DNA from: Laspinema olomoucense D3b | Lineage (GTDB): Bacteria; Cyanobacteriota; Cyanobacteriia; Cyanobacteriales; Laspinemataceae | Direction: 5' to 3' | Length of the DNA: 64,000 bases | Assembly: GCF_025370785.1 (NCBI RefSeq) | Contig: NZ_JAMXFA010000001.1 | Location: 171,902-235,901, forward strand | Shown: in pieces, positions 39,245 to 48,378 of the stretch | How positions within the stretch are numbered: the stretch's first letter is position 1 | Layout: each line of letters begins with the position of its first letter | Notes under the pieces: model-generated | Seen by the model: only the letters and a program-made list of their open reading frames with translations | Database searches by the model: none | What the model was told of the DNA's origin: nothing | Translations under genes and position numbers: made by a program

Positions 39245-40225
39245 TTATATCATCGGCGATTTCGGACTACTCAGCTCAGTTTGCGGGTAGGAAGACCACT
39301 GATTCGGCCCTGGAGGAGTAGCCGATTTCACCTCCGCAGAACGCTTCATACTCAGCTCTTGTTCCTTTTTGAATACCTGTTCTTCCGTCAGATTCGTCCC
39401 TTCACTCGTCTGATTGCGGGTCATCCCTTCCGTCTTGATGACATAATCGAGAGGATCCTCTACATACACCCAATTTTCCCCAGCAGGCCAAGTCCCTTGA
39501 CCTTCATTCCAAGGTCCGCGAGCGCTGGTTCCATTGGACATATTAAAGTACAAATGACTGTAGCGCGGGTCAGCTTGTAGCACTCCCGGCGGGAAATTCG
39601 GTTCGATGGTTTCCAGGGCAGCGGCAAACATTTTGTAGTGAGAAACTTCCCGCGTCATTAAGAAGCGCAGAGTGTCTTTTACATCCGGATCATCGGTAAA
39701 TTGCAGCAAATATTCATACACAATTTTCGCACGAGACTCGGCGGCGAGATCTGAGCGCAAATCAACGGTCAAATCCCCATTGGCATTGACGTAGGTTCCT
39801 GACCAAGGCACACCTTGACTATTAGTGACCGTTGGACCACCGCCAGATACTGCTAATAGTTGCGGTCCCGTCATCGCAATTTGATGGATGAGTTCTTCCT
39901 GGCCCGCTTTTTTTCCACTCAGAAACTGCATAATCTCGCTGTTTTCTGCGGCGTTCTTGAGATCCCCATTGATGCCATCTAACAACATGGTAATCAATGC
40001 ACCAACGATTTCCAAATGGCTAAATTCTTCCGTAGCCACATCCATCAACAGGTCGTATTTTTCCGGGTAGGCTTGCCGCGCTCCAAACGCCTGGACAAAA
40101 TACTGCATGGCTGCCTTCAGTTCTCCGTTAGGACCGCCAAACTGTTCTAGCAGTAAGGTTGCAAAGCGGGGATCGGGCTTGGACACACGGGCATTAAATT
40201 GTAATTCTTTGACGTGATAAAACAT
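39245..40225 (-). CDS. Manganese catalase (ferritin-like, non-haem catalase)
   Basis: N-terminal signature MFYHVKELQFNARVSKPDPRFATLLLEQFGGPNGELKAAMQYFVQAF...EEFSHLEIVG matches the Mn-catalase family. Confidence 0.9.
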   Translation of the reverse strand: MFYHVKELQFNARVSKPDPRFATLLLEQFGGPNGELKAAMQYFVQAFGARQAYPEKYDLLMDVATEEFSHLEIVGALITMLLDGINGDLKNAAENSEIMQFLSGKKAGQEELIHQIAMTGPQLLAVSGGGPTVTNSQGVPWSGTYVNANGDLTVDLRSDLAAESRAKIVYEYLLQFTDDPDVKDTLRFLMTREVSHYKMFAAALETIEPNFPPGVLQADPRYSHLYFNMSNGTSARGPWNEGQGTWPAGENWVYVEDPLDYVIKTEGMTRNQTSEGTNLTEEQVFKKEQELSMKRSAEVKSATPPGPNQWSSYPQTELSSPKSPMI

Positions 40226-41514
40226 TTGATTTCCTTGGGATAAAATTCTACTTCTTTAGGAGGAGGGCAATTTTTGATTGGACCTTATGATTTAATGAAA
40301 AAATAACCCGCAGGTTAAGTTTTTAGGTCAATCCTCCTCACCTAAATAACCAGGTTAGCGACTGAGCTATCCTTCAGTTTCTACCCCAGGGATGAACCTG
40401 ATTCATAAATTGTCTACTGGATCTACTCCAATCCAAATCTTTTGCCGTTAACTCACCATTATCTAATTAAGCCCATGAAGTTAGTTTCGACTCAAGGCTT
40501 AGGCATCCCATCGGTATCCCCAGATACGGGCGAGGAAGGGAATTCCCCTTCTCTTTCGGTTTGATGCTCTAAAAAAGAGGAATTGCGCAACAGAATTCCA
40601 TCTACAGAGGGAGGAGATTAATTGAAAATTAGAGTATCCTAAGCCTGATGAAAAGGTTACAGAATCTTAATTGAGATTAAGGTGTAGATAACCTTTGAAT
40701 TAACCTGTCTGAGAGATTGTTGGAAGGGGTCAACTCAGAGTAAACAGCAGGGTGAATGATTTCGGTGTAATGGCTCTTTAAACCAAAATAAAGCCTGGTT
40801 TCTCTTTTGCCTGGGTCCGGGGGTTCATCCGCAAAAGCTCCACCTTTGAGGGGGATGGGTTTTAGGAAAACTCAGGGAGGATAAAAGGGAACCCGCACCG
40901 CGAGAGGGGCCTGAAGGGGTGGAAAATTCCTGGGGAGGCGGCTACTCTTGGGCCCTCTAAGCCAAATGACTCCGGCCCCGAGCCTAGTCAGCAGTGGATC
41001 CTAGACTCTGGCTTTCCGGGCGATCGCAAATCTGTTTCAATCCGGCAAAGCCACCCCAAACATGAGAAAATATAATCCTAGGTCTATAGAATAACCACAA
41101 CCCGCTTGAGTTGGCCTGTCCCTGAGTTCTCTAGGGGTTCTAATCCCGAGTCCAAATAAACCGGACAAATAGGGCAACAACAGGATTCAGTCCTTTTGAA
41201 AACACCGGAGGCGATCGCCCTTCCGGCTTTCCCAGGATTGCTGCCAAATCGTCTGATGGCAGGTACAATCGGTACAGTATCCATTCCCAGGAGCCAGACA
41301 CTCCCATCGGAGAGTCTTTTTTGTAGTCATTGTTAATCCGGAGCAACAAAGAAGCGTGTTTAATTCAGAAGCCGACCCCAAATCAGCATTCCTCAAAGGA
41401 TTTGCCCTCAAGGGTCAGCCCTGGAAAATAGGTCTCCTGTTGCCGGTTTTAACAATCTCAAATTCCCGACTCTGCGCTATTACTTATCCTCATTCCCTAT
41501 CTTAAATATCTTTC

Positions 41515-42198
41515 ATGCAGACCGAAGCCTTTAGTGAGCTTTTCCCGCTATTTAGTGCCGCCAATCCAGAAACCCTGGAATGGCTTTTGTCCGTTGCGGT
41601 TGAGCACGAATATCCCTCAGGCAGAGCAGTCTTAATGGAAGATGCCTGGGGCAATGCCGTTTACTTTATCGTCACGGGTTGGGTCAAAGTCCGACGCCTA
41701 TATGGAGACAATGTAGTAACTCTGGCGATTCTCGGGCGAGGTGACTTCTTTGGGGAAATGGCAATTCTTGATGAATCACCCCGTTCCACTGATGTGATCG
41801 CCCTCTCAACCGTACAACTCCTGAGCGTTTCTGCCCAGCGGTTTATCCAAACCCTGTTTAAAGACGCTCAACTCCATCATCGGATGCTCCAACTCATGGT
41901 GCGACGACTCCGACAAACAAATCTACGCTTTCAACTGCGGAACCGTCCCCCAGCGGTCAAACTTGCCAATACCTTAGTTTCTCTGGCGGAAAACTATGGA
42001 CAATCTACCGAAAAAGGGACAGAAATCTACAATATTCCCTATAAAGACTTAGCAGATGTCACCGATATTGGCGTCGAAGAAGCCAGCAAAATCATGGAAA
42101 AATTGAACGCCAAAGGCTGGATTAAAATTGATGAAGCTGCTGAATCTCTTTATTTGGTCAATCTCAAACAGTTGACTCACTTAGCGGGCCACGTTTGA
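41515..42198 (+). CDS. Crp/Fnr-family transcriptional regulator (cNMP-binding domain + HTH)
   Basis: Carries the cNMP-binding beta-roll motif (GDFFGEMAIL), a central dimerisation helix and a C-terminal HTH. It is not NtcA-like in detail. It is preceded by a 1.3 kb ORF-free region. Confidence 0.8.
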   Translation: MQTEAFSELFPLFSAANPETLEWLLSVAVEHEYPSGRAVLMEDAWGNAVYFIVTGWVKVRRLYGDNVVTLAILGRGDFFGEMAILDESPRSTDVIALSTVQLLSVSAQRFIQTLFKDAQLHHRMLQLMVRRLRQTNLRFQLRNRPPAVKLANTLVSLAENYGQSTEKGTEIYNIPYKDLADVTDIGVEEASKIMEKLNAKGWIKIDEAAESLYLVNLKQLTHLAGHV

Positions 42199-42372
42199 GC
42201 CATCTTCAGCGACAATATCCAAGGTTAGGGGCATTCTAAACCGCAGGGAAGGGGATTAAGGCGATCGCGCCTGAAGCACTCACCGCCATACCATCAAACG
42301 TGGCGAATCGACAGTCTAAAATACTGCCCCTAACCGAGTCTAGATTAGCCGATAACCTAACAAAAAATACCC

Positions 42373-44166
42373 ATGACTGAAGCAACGACAATTCCACCGA
42401 GTACCATGCCTCGAATTGCCCCCGATGTTTACTATCAGGTGGCCATGTATGAGCCAGAATCTCATCTGTTTGACGTGATGTTAAAAGTGCGGGGATGGCG
42501 GGCATCGGTCCTGGATTTGAAAATGCCCGTTTGGACTCCTGGTTCCTATTTAGTCCGGGAGTATGCCAAACATCTCCAGGAATTCTCTGCTGAAGACGCC
42601 AACGAAATCGCCCTACCTTGGCGTAAAGTGAGCAAAAATCACTGGCAAATCGAAACCCCAGGACTCTCTGAAATTATCGTTCGCTATCGCATCTATGCCA
42701 ACGAACTTTCGGTCCGAACTAATCACTTAGATAGCACTCATGGCTATTTTAACGGGGCCGCCCTCTTCTTCTATATCCCCGGCTTTGAAAAAAGCCCGAT
42801 TTCCCTTCAAATTATCCCCCCAAAACCGGAATGGCGGGTTACCACTTCACTCCCTTCCAAATCGGGACGTCCCCACACTTTTACCGCCCCGGATTTCGAT
42901 ACGTTGGTGGATAGCCCCTTTGAAATTGGTACGCACCAATCCTATTATTTTGAAGTGGAACATAAACCCCATGAATTAGCTATTTGGGGCCAAGGAAATA
43001 TCCAAGCTGAACGGCTGATTTCTGATATTGAAAAAATCATTGAAACTGAAAGTCGGCTATTCGGAGGGTTACCTTACGATCGCTACTTATTTATTCTCCA
43101 TCTCTCCTCCCAAGGCTATGGCGGATTGGAACATAAAAATAGCTGTTCTTTGAACTATCCCCGCTTTGGATTTAGAAATTCCGAAAAATACAACCGCTTC
43201 ATTCAATTAGTCGCCCACGAGTTCTTCCACTTGTGGAATGTCAAGCGCATTCGTCCCAAACCCCTAGAAGTGTTTAACTATGAAGGGGAAACCTACACGA
43301 ATTCTCTATGGTTTTGTGAAGGAACCACCAGTTATTATGATATCGTGCTGCCTCTGTGGGCGGGCATTTATGATGCAAAAATTGCCTTACAAGGGTTGAG
43401 TAAAGATATTACCCGCTTACAAACCCTTCCGGGACGTCGTTATCAACCCCTGAGTGAATCGAGTTGGGATGCTTGGATTAAACTGTATCGCCGAGATGCC
43501 AATAGCGATAATTCCCAAATTTCCTATTATTTGAAAGGAGAATTAGTCTCCCTGTTGTTAGATTTGCGAATTCGGGCAAACTCCGGCAACGCGCGATCGC
43601 TGGATCAGGTGATGCAGCAAATGTGGCAGCGGTTTGGACCCCAAGAAATTGGCTTTACCGATGAGGAACTCAAAGAGATTATTGAATCCGTTGCCGAAGA
43701 AGATTTAACGGACTTCTTTAACGACTACATCCACGGGACTGCCGAATTACCTCTGGATGAGTATCTGCAACCCTTTGGGTTAAAAGTGCAACCCGTGGAA
43801 AATAATGATGCAGCACCGTTTTTGGGCTTGACAGTTAAGACAGAAAATGGTAAAGCGGCGATTAAATTTGTAGAAATGGGTTCACCCGCGCAACGGGCGG
43901 GAATCGATGCCGATGATGAGTTACTGGCGATCGATGGAATGCGCGTTACTGCCGAAGATTTGGGCGATCGCCTGAAAGACTATCAAACCGGGTCCAAAAT
44001 CCAAATTACGGTTTTCCATCAAGAACAATTACGAACGGTTGAGACGGTTCTCGCCCAACCCCGTCCCACCACTTACAATATCGTTCCCATTCAGAATCCT
44101 ACCGCGACTCAACAGAATAATCTCAAAGGCTGGTTAGGGAGTTCGGTGAGTCAACTTAAAGGGTAA
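42373..44166 (+). CDS. M61 family glycyl aminopeptidase with C-terminal PDZ domain
   Basis: Has the HEXXH zinc motif in M61 context (VAHEFFHLWN). The C-terminal PDZ-like segment is GLTVKTENGKAAIKFVEMGSPAQRAGIDADDELLAIDG. Confidence 0.85.
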   Translation: MTEATTIPPSTMPRIAPDVYYQVAMYEPESHLFDVMLKVRGWRASVLDLKMPVWTPGSYLVREYAKHLQEFSAEDANEIALPWRKVSKNHWQIETPGLSEIIVRYRIYANELSVRTNHLDSTHGYFNGAALFFYIPGFEKSPISLQIIPPKPEWRVTTSLPSKSGRPHTFTAPDFDTLVDSPFEIGTHQSYYFEVEHKPHELAIWGQGNIQAERLISDIEKIIETESRLFGGLPYDRYLFILHLSSQGYGGLEHKNSCSLNYPRFGFRNSEKYNRFIQLVAHEFFHLWNVKRIRPKPLEVFNYEGETYTNSLWFCEGTTSYYDIVLPLWAGIYDAKIALQGLSKDITRLQTLPGRRYQPLSESSWDAWIKLYRRDANSDNSQISYYLKGELVSLLLDLRIRANSGNARSLDQVMQQMWQRFGPQEIGFTDEELKEIIESVAEEDLTDFFNDYIHGTAELPLDEYLQPFGLKVQPVENNDAAPFLGLTVKTENGKAAIKFVEMGSPAQRAGIDADDELLAIDGMRVTAEDLGDRLKDYQTGSKIQITVFHQEQLRTVETVLAQPRPTTYNIVPIQNPTATQQNNLKGWLGSSVSQLKG

Positions 44167-44310
44167 ATAGGCGGAAGAGGAAGAGACGCCTGAAGGCGTC
44201 TCTTCCTCTTCTGGCAACCCATTCCCTAAGATAACCTTACGATAGAAGCCCAACCCGGCGATCGCATGATAAGGTTTGGCCACAACTTCCCATATTTTGA
44301 GGAAAAAACA

Positions 44311-44796
44311 ATGGCAATCCAACCCCCACCCCCACCCTCCATCACCCCGCGTCAGATGAACCTGTTACGAGTTGTAACTGCAATGGCATGGGCAGATGGA
44401 GAACTCGGGGCAGAAGAAGTCGAGATCATGCTCGATCGCTTTAGTCGCTTATTTTCCGTCAGTCCCCAACAACAAGACAAACTCAAAGAAGAACTGCGGG
44501 ACTATATGATGCAAAACATCCCGCTGGAAGAATTAATCCCTAAACTCGCCACCCAACCCGAACGGGAACTGGTTCTGCAAATCGGCTATGAAGTCATCGC
44601 CTCCAGTTCCCGAACCCCCGATGAGCCTAATATTAATGCCGAAGAAGCTCAAGCCTACAAAAAACTCGTTTCCCTCCTGAATTTGCCCGAGGATGTAGTC
44701 CCGCGCATCGAAGCCGAAGCTGAAAAAAGTTTACAAAATGAGGAAGGAATCATCGAGAAACTTGCATCCCACCTTCACGCCTTTTTAAATCAATAA
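44311..44796 (+). CDS. TerB-like (tellurite-resistance TerB / DjlA N-terminal-like) domain protein
   Basis: The TerB-like helical signature is AMAWADGELGAEEVEIMLDRF. The likely start is MAIQPPP at 44311. Confidence 0.55.
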   Translation: MAIQPPPPPSITPRQMNLLRVVTAMAWADGELGAEEVEIMLDRFSRLFSVSPQQQDKLKEELRDYMMQNIPLEELIPKLATQPERELVLQIGYEVIASSSRTPDEPNINAEEAQAYKKLVSLLNLPEDVVPRIEAEAEKSLQNEEGIIEKLASHLHAFLNQ

Positions 44797-44805
44797 TACC
44801 AAATC

Positions 44806-44917
44806 CGGTTGTTAAAAGTCGATTTTCTCTTCAGCCCGCGCAGGCGGGCTTCGTCTGTGTAGACCCACCATGCATGGGTGCGGGTTTTTATGGATCTATT
44901 ACAACCGGATTCCGTAT
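44806..44917. repeat. MITE-like dispersed repeat, copy D (core inverted relative to A/B/E)
   Basis: Left end ataccaaatccggtt, hairpin cagcccgcgcaggcgggcttcgtctgtgtagaccc, core gggtgcgggtttttatgga, right end aaccggattccgtat. It lies between convergent genes. Confidence 0.75.
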
Positions 44918-44957
44918 AATATTCGGTTAGGCAATCATTCATTGCCTGATTCCCAAA

Positions 44958-44994
44958 ATAAAAAAAGGGTACGGCATTGCCCTACCCTTTTCGA
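44958..44994. terminator. Bidirectional rho-independent terminator between convergent genes
   Basis: The sequence aaaaaaaaaGGGTAcGGCAttGCCcTACCCttttcg is a GC-rich hairpin flanked by an A-run upstream and a T-run downstream. It lies between the plus-strand TerB-like gene and the minus-strand nadA. Confidence 0.65.
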
Positions 44995-45121
44995 TTGAAA
45001 CTAGCAAAAACCAACACCCTCCAAAGAGGGCTATACGGATGACCTAACGACTTGCTGTCGTTAGGTGTTCATCTAAACAATCGCCGCCTACCTGAGCTTG
45101 AAACAGCGGGATTTACTATGA

Positions 45122-46096
45122 TTATGCGCTCATTTCTAGCATTCGTTGCATCGGGCGCAATGCTGCCTTGCGCGTTTCCTCCGGTAAGGTAATCTCCGGG
45201 GCGCGATTTTTCATAGCCAAATATAATTTTTCTAAGGTATTCAGCCTCATGTGAGGGCATTCATTACAAGCACAACTATTCAGGGGTGGCGCGGGAATAA
45301 ACTGTTTATCTCCCGCCTGTTTTTGCATTTGATGAATGATTCCCGGTTCCGTAGCCACGATAAACACCTGGCTGGCACTATTTTGAGCATAGTTTAACAG
45401 CGCACTGGTTGACCCAATATAATTAGCATGGCGCAACACCGTCGGTTCACATTCGGGATGAGCAATGATTTCAGCTTCAGGATGTTGAATTTTGAGCTGA
45501 ACAATTTTCTTTTCTGAAAAAGTTTCATGCACCATGCAACTGCCTTGCCACAACACCATATCCCGGCCCGTTTGCTCCATCACATACCGACCTAAATTGC
45601 GATCGGGGGCAAAAATAATCGGCTGATTTTCGGGGATTTGCCGCACCAGTTTGACTGCATTAGAACTGGTGCAGATAATGTCGCTCATGGCTTTAATGGC
45701 CGCCGAGCAGTTAATGTAAGAGATGACAATATGATTCGGATGAGCGGCTTTAAATTCCCCAAAGGCATCGGGAGGACAACTATCGGCCAGGGAACAACCG
45801 GCATCCAAGTCTGGAAGCAAAACCAGTTTATTCGGATTCAGGATTTTAGCCGTTTCTGCCATGAAGTGAACTCCGGCAAAGACGATGACATCGGCGTTGG
45901 TATTGGCAGCTTTTCGGGCCAGTTCGAGAGAGTCACCGATATAGTCAGCAATATCCTGAATGTCGGGTTCTTGATAGTAGTGGGCGAGGAGCACTGCATT
46001 GAGTTCCTGTTTCAAGGATTCAATGGCTGCAAATAAATCGTCTGGAATCGCGGAGGTTTGGGCAGAATTGCGCGGTGATAAAGTCGCAGTAAACAC
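45122..46096 (-). CDS. nadA: Quinolinate synthase NadA
   Basis: 324 aa protein with NadA family motifs ([28 protein letters not shown], three conserved Cys for the 4Fe-4S cluster). Confidence 0.9.
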   Translation of the reverse strand: MFTATLSPRNSAQTSAIPDDLFAAIESLKQELNAVLLAHYYQEPDIQDIADYIGDSLELARKAANTNADVIVFAGVHFMAETAKILNPNKLVLLPDLDAGCSLADSCPPDAFGEFKAAHPNHIVISYINCSAAIKAMSDIICTSSNAVKLVRQIPENQPIIFAPDRNLGRYVMEQTGRDMVLWQGSCMVHETFSEKKIVQLKIQHPEAEIIAHPECEPTVLRHANYIGSTSALLNYAQNSASQVFIVATEPGIIHQMQKQAGDKQFIPAPPLNSCACNECPHMRLNTLEKLYLAMKNRAPEITLPEETRKAALRPMQRMLEMSA

Positions 46097-46229
46097 AATT
46101 TTCAGGGGGTGAACTTGCAGTTCTTTAGGGTGTTATTCCTAATTATAGTATTTTTTACCAAAAAGAGGAGATCTGGGGGTGGCGATCGCCCAGAGGCGAC
46201 TTTCCCGAACCCAGGGAGGATGGAGGATA

Positions 46230-46351
46230 ATACGGAATTCGGTTCTCAAAGTCTATAAAAACCCGCACCCTCAAGGGTGGGTCTACACAGACAAAGCCCG
46301 CCTGCGCGGGCTCAAGAGTATTGTTAGGGCTGTCACAACCGGATGCAGTAT
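46230..46351. repeat. MITE-like dispersed repeat, copy E
   Basis: Left end atacggaattcggtt, core gtctataaaaacccgcaccctcaagggtgggtctacacagac, hairpin aaagcccgcctgcgcgggct, right end aaccggatgcagtat. Confidence 0.75.
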
Positions 46352-46445
46352 CGGACCCGAACCTTCCCCTCAAAGGAAAGGGAGAATCAGGAAATTTTTG
46401 AGGGCTGGAGAAGACCCGGGATGGCTCCAGGACTTAGAGGGCCGC

Positions 46446-47240
46446 CTAATCTTCCAGGGAAATCTTTTCCATCCCCAGTTCCCGACTGCCGGTTCGGGCC
46501 CAACGTGCAGTCGCTTCGTTGCCCTTAAATTCATAATCCAACACGGCGAGGTTAGAGCTAGTCCCCCAGCCAACAACGAGCCAATCATCAACGCGCAAAC
46601 CGATTCCGCGATAGGTTTGGTCATCGACGTTCCAGGTGACTTGATAGGTATCGCGGGATTGGGTAATGGTTAATTCTCCACTGAAGGCAGAATCCTCTTC
46701 TCCAGGGTCGGTACTGCTAATTTGATAGGACCCGGCTAACTCTCCCGATCGCCCTCCTGTAGCTAGTTCTGTGCCGACTTCACCCTCGGCGCTACTGAGA
46801 GTCCATTTCCCATCTAAAGTACCATCGTCCTGAATTCTATACAGGGCCACGCCATAAATCTCCTCATCCAGTCCGGCCCCTACCAGCAACCGCCCCTCTT
46901 CATAGAACCCCAACCCGGAATAATTGCCTTCGGAGGTTTCCCAAGAGACTTGATAGAGGTTGTCCGTATTCCCGATCGCGGTAATATCGAGGCTGCCGGT
47001 GTAAGCTTGTCCCCTGGGAGTTTTACCCTCCGTAATCCCCCAGACTCCTTCGAGGCGATCGGGGGCGGACTGTCGCCTCCAGAAAAATGCGGTTTGATGG
47101 GATTCTACTTCCTGAATAACAGGCTGTGCGATCGCCCCGATGGTGGGGGATGCAGCCCCGGCCAACACCATCAGAACACTCAAGAAATAACGGGCTGTAT
47201 TGCCATAGGTCACGATCAGGTTTCTCCTCAGTTGAGTCAT
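46446..47240 (-). CDS. Secreted hypothetical protein with two tandem ~100 aa repeat modules
   Basis: The likely start at 47240 (MTQLRR) gives a signal peptide (FLSVLMVLAGAASPTIGAIAQ). There are two internal homologous modules (YQVSWETSEGNYSGLGFYEEGRLLVG and YQVTWNVDDQTYRGIGLRVDDWLVVGWG). Confidence 0.5.
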   Translation of the reverse strand: MTQLRRNLIVTYGNTARYFLSVLMVLAGAASPTIGAIAQPVIQEVESHQTAFFWRRQSAPDRLEGVWGITEGKTPRGQAYTGSLDITAIGNTDNLYQVSWETSEGNYSGLGFYEEGRLLVGAGLDEEIYGVALYRIQDDGTLDGKWTLSSAEGEVGTELATGGRSGELAGSYQISSTDPGEEDSAFSGELTITQSRDTYQVTWNVDDQTYRGIGLRVDDWLVVGWGTSSNLAVLDYEFKGNEATARWARTGSRELGMEKISLED

Positions 47241-47658
47241 GTAAAGCCTTGAGATTAGCCGAAACAGGGGCTTGCCGTGCAACTCCCCTGCCCCGATGAA
47301 GGGAGATGACCCGGTTGTAGTCAAGAGGGTTTCGTGGGGGGCGGAGTCTCTGAAAAAATAACCGGGGCAGGTAAAGGCTCTCCCAAACCTCCCTAATTCC
47401 CACCCTGTAAAGGTTTTGGCTCATGGGGCCGGGGTTAACCTATACCTTAAGAGGTATTTTTGGAAAAAAAGTCCAAAAACCCTTGACATCTTCTTTTCAA
47501 ACGGTAACAATGAATACAGAAAGTAAATCGTTCATCCCTCACAACAAGCCAGTTCATCTCTAAACGGCATGAACCGGGCAAGGGACGGAAGTAGGGAGTC
47601 ACTCCCGAAGGAACGCGCCTCATCCTACAAACAAGACTCTATTTAGGAGGCGAAAAAC

Positions 47659-47982
47659 ATGAAACTTTCATATCGTGGCACCACTTACGAATATACTCCC
47701 GCAGAAGTTGAGGTTACCGAAGGCGAACTCGCCGGTAAATATCGCGGGTTAGATTGGAAATTCTGCAATCAGAAGAAAGCGCCGGTCCAACAAGCGACCG
47801 TGGAACTGAAGTATCGGGGAGTTGCGTTGACCACTGGTGAACCGCAGTCCGCAAAAACCTCGGCACCGGAACAAGCTCGTCGTCTGATGATGGATCGGCA
47901 AGTTCAAGGGGCAAAACGCCAGCGGTCCATGTTGAGCCGTTTGACTGCTGAACTCAAGAGCATTCCTGTTCTCGCCCATTAA
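47659..47982 (+). CDS. DUF4278 domain protein (cyanobacterial small protein)
   Basis: Has the characteristic MKLSYRGTTYEY...KYRG start of DUF4278. Confidence 0.7.
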   Translation: MKLSYRGTTYEYTPAEVEVTEGELAGKYRGLDWKFCNQKKAPVQQATVELKYRGVALTTGEPQSAKTSAPEQARRLMMDRQVQGAKRQRSMLSRLTAELKSIPVLAH

Positions 47983-48156
47983 GGGAAAGTGATTCCATAC
48001 CTAGCCTTGTCCGCTAGAGGCTAGGTACAAATTCTCAACAACTTAACTAATTTCAATATCTCCCGTCTGGGGGGTATTTTTTTTAGGGGCTTTTACAGGG
48101 CGAAGGATGAAAACTAGAGCATGGGTACAGTAACGGGAAGACCCTAAAAATGAGTA

Positions 48157-48171
48157 ATACCAAATCCGGTT
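48157..48171. repeat. Solo terminal-repeat remnant of the MITE-like family
   Basis: An exact ataccaaatccggtt occurs here without the adjacent core. Confidence 0.4.
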
Positions 48172-48378
48172 TCTCTTCTGGCTACTGAGCGGGAATCCTA
48201 GAGCAGAGGAAGGGTTATTTATATGTCAAAATTAAGTACAGATCAGCAGTCGGTTAAGCTTTGGTCAGTGGTTCAAGCTCATCACCCTGGATTAATCGCC
48301 GATCGCCGGGAAAAAATATCTAGACCCGTCTGTGAGCGATCGCCCATCGCCTGTCCTGTTTTTAGAACCTAGCCCTCG

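Noticed and set aside
34329-41514. Searched the two long ORF-free regions for tRNA, tmRNA and RNase P hallmarks (GGTTCGAATCC-type T-loops, tmRNA tag-coding or 3' CCA-arm, GGAAAGTCCGG P4 motif)
   Set aside because: None of these signatures was found by eye. No RNA gene is called, although an unrecognised sRNA cannot be excluded without covariance-model searches.
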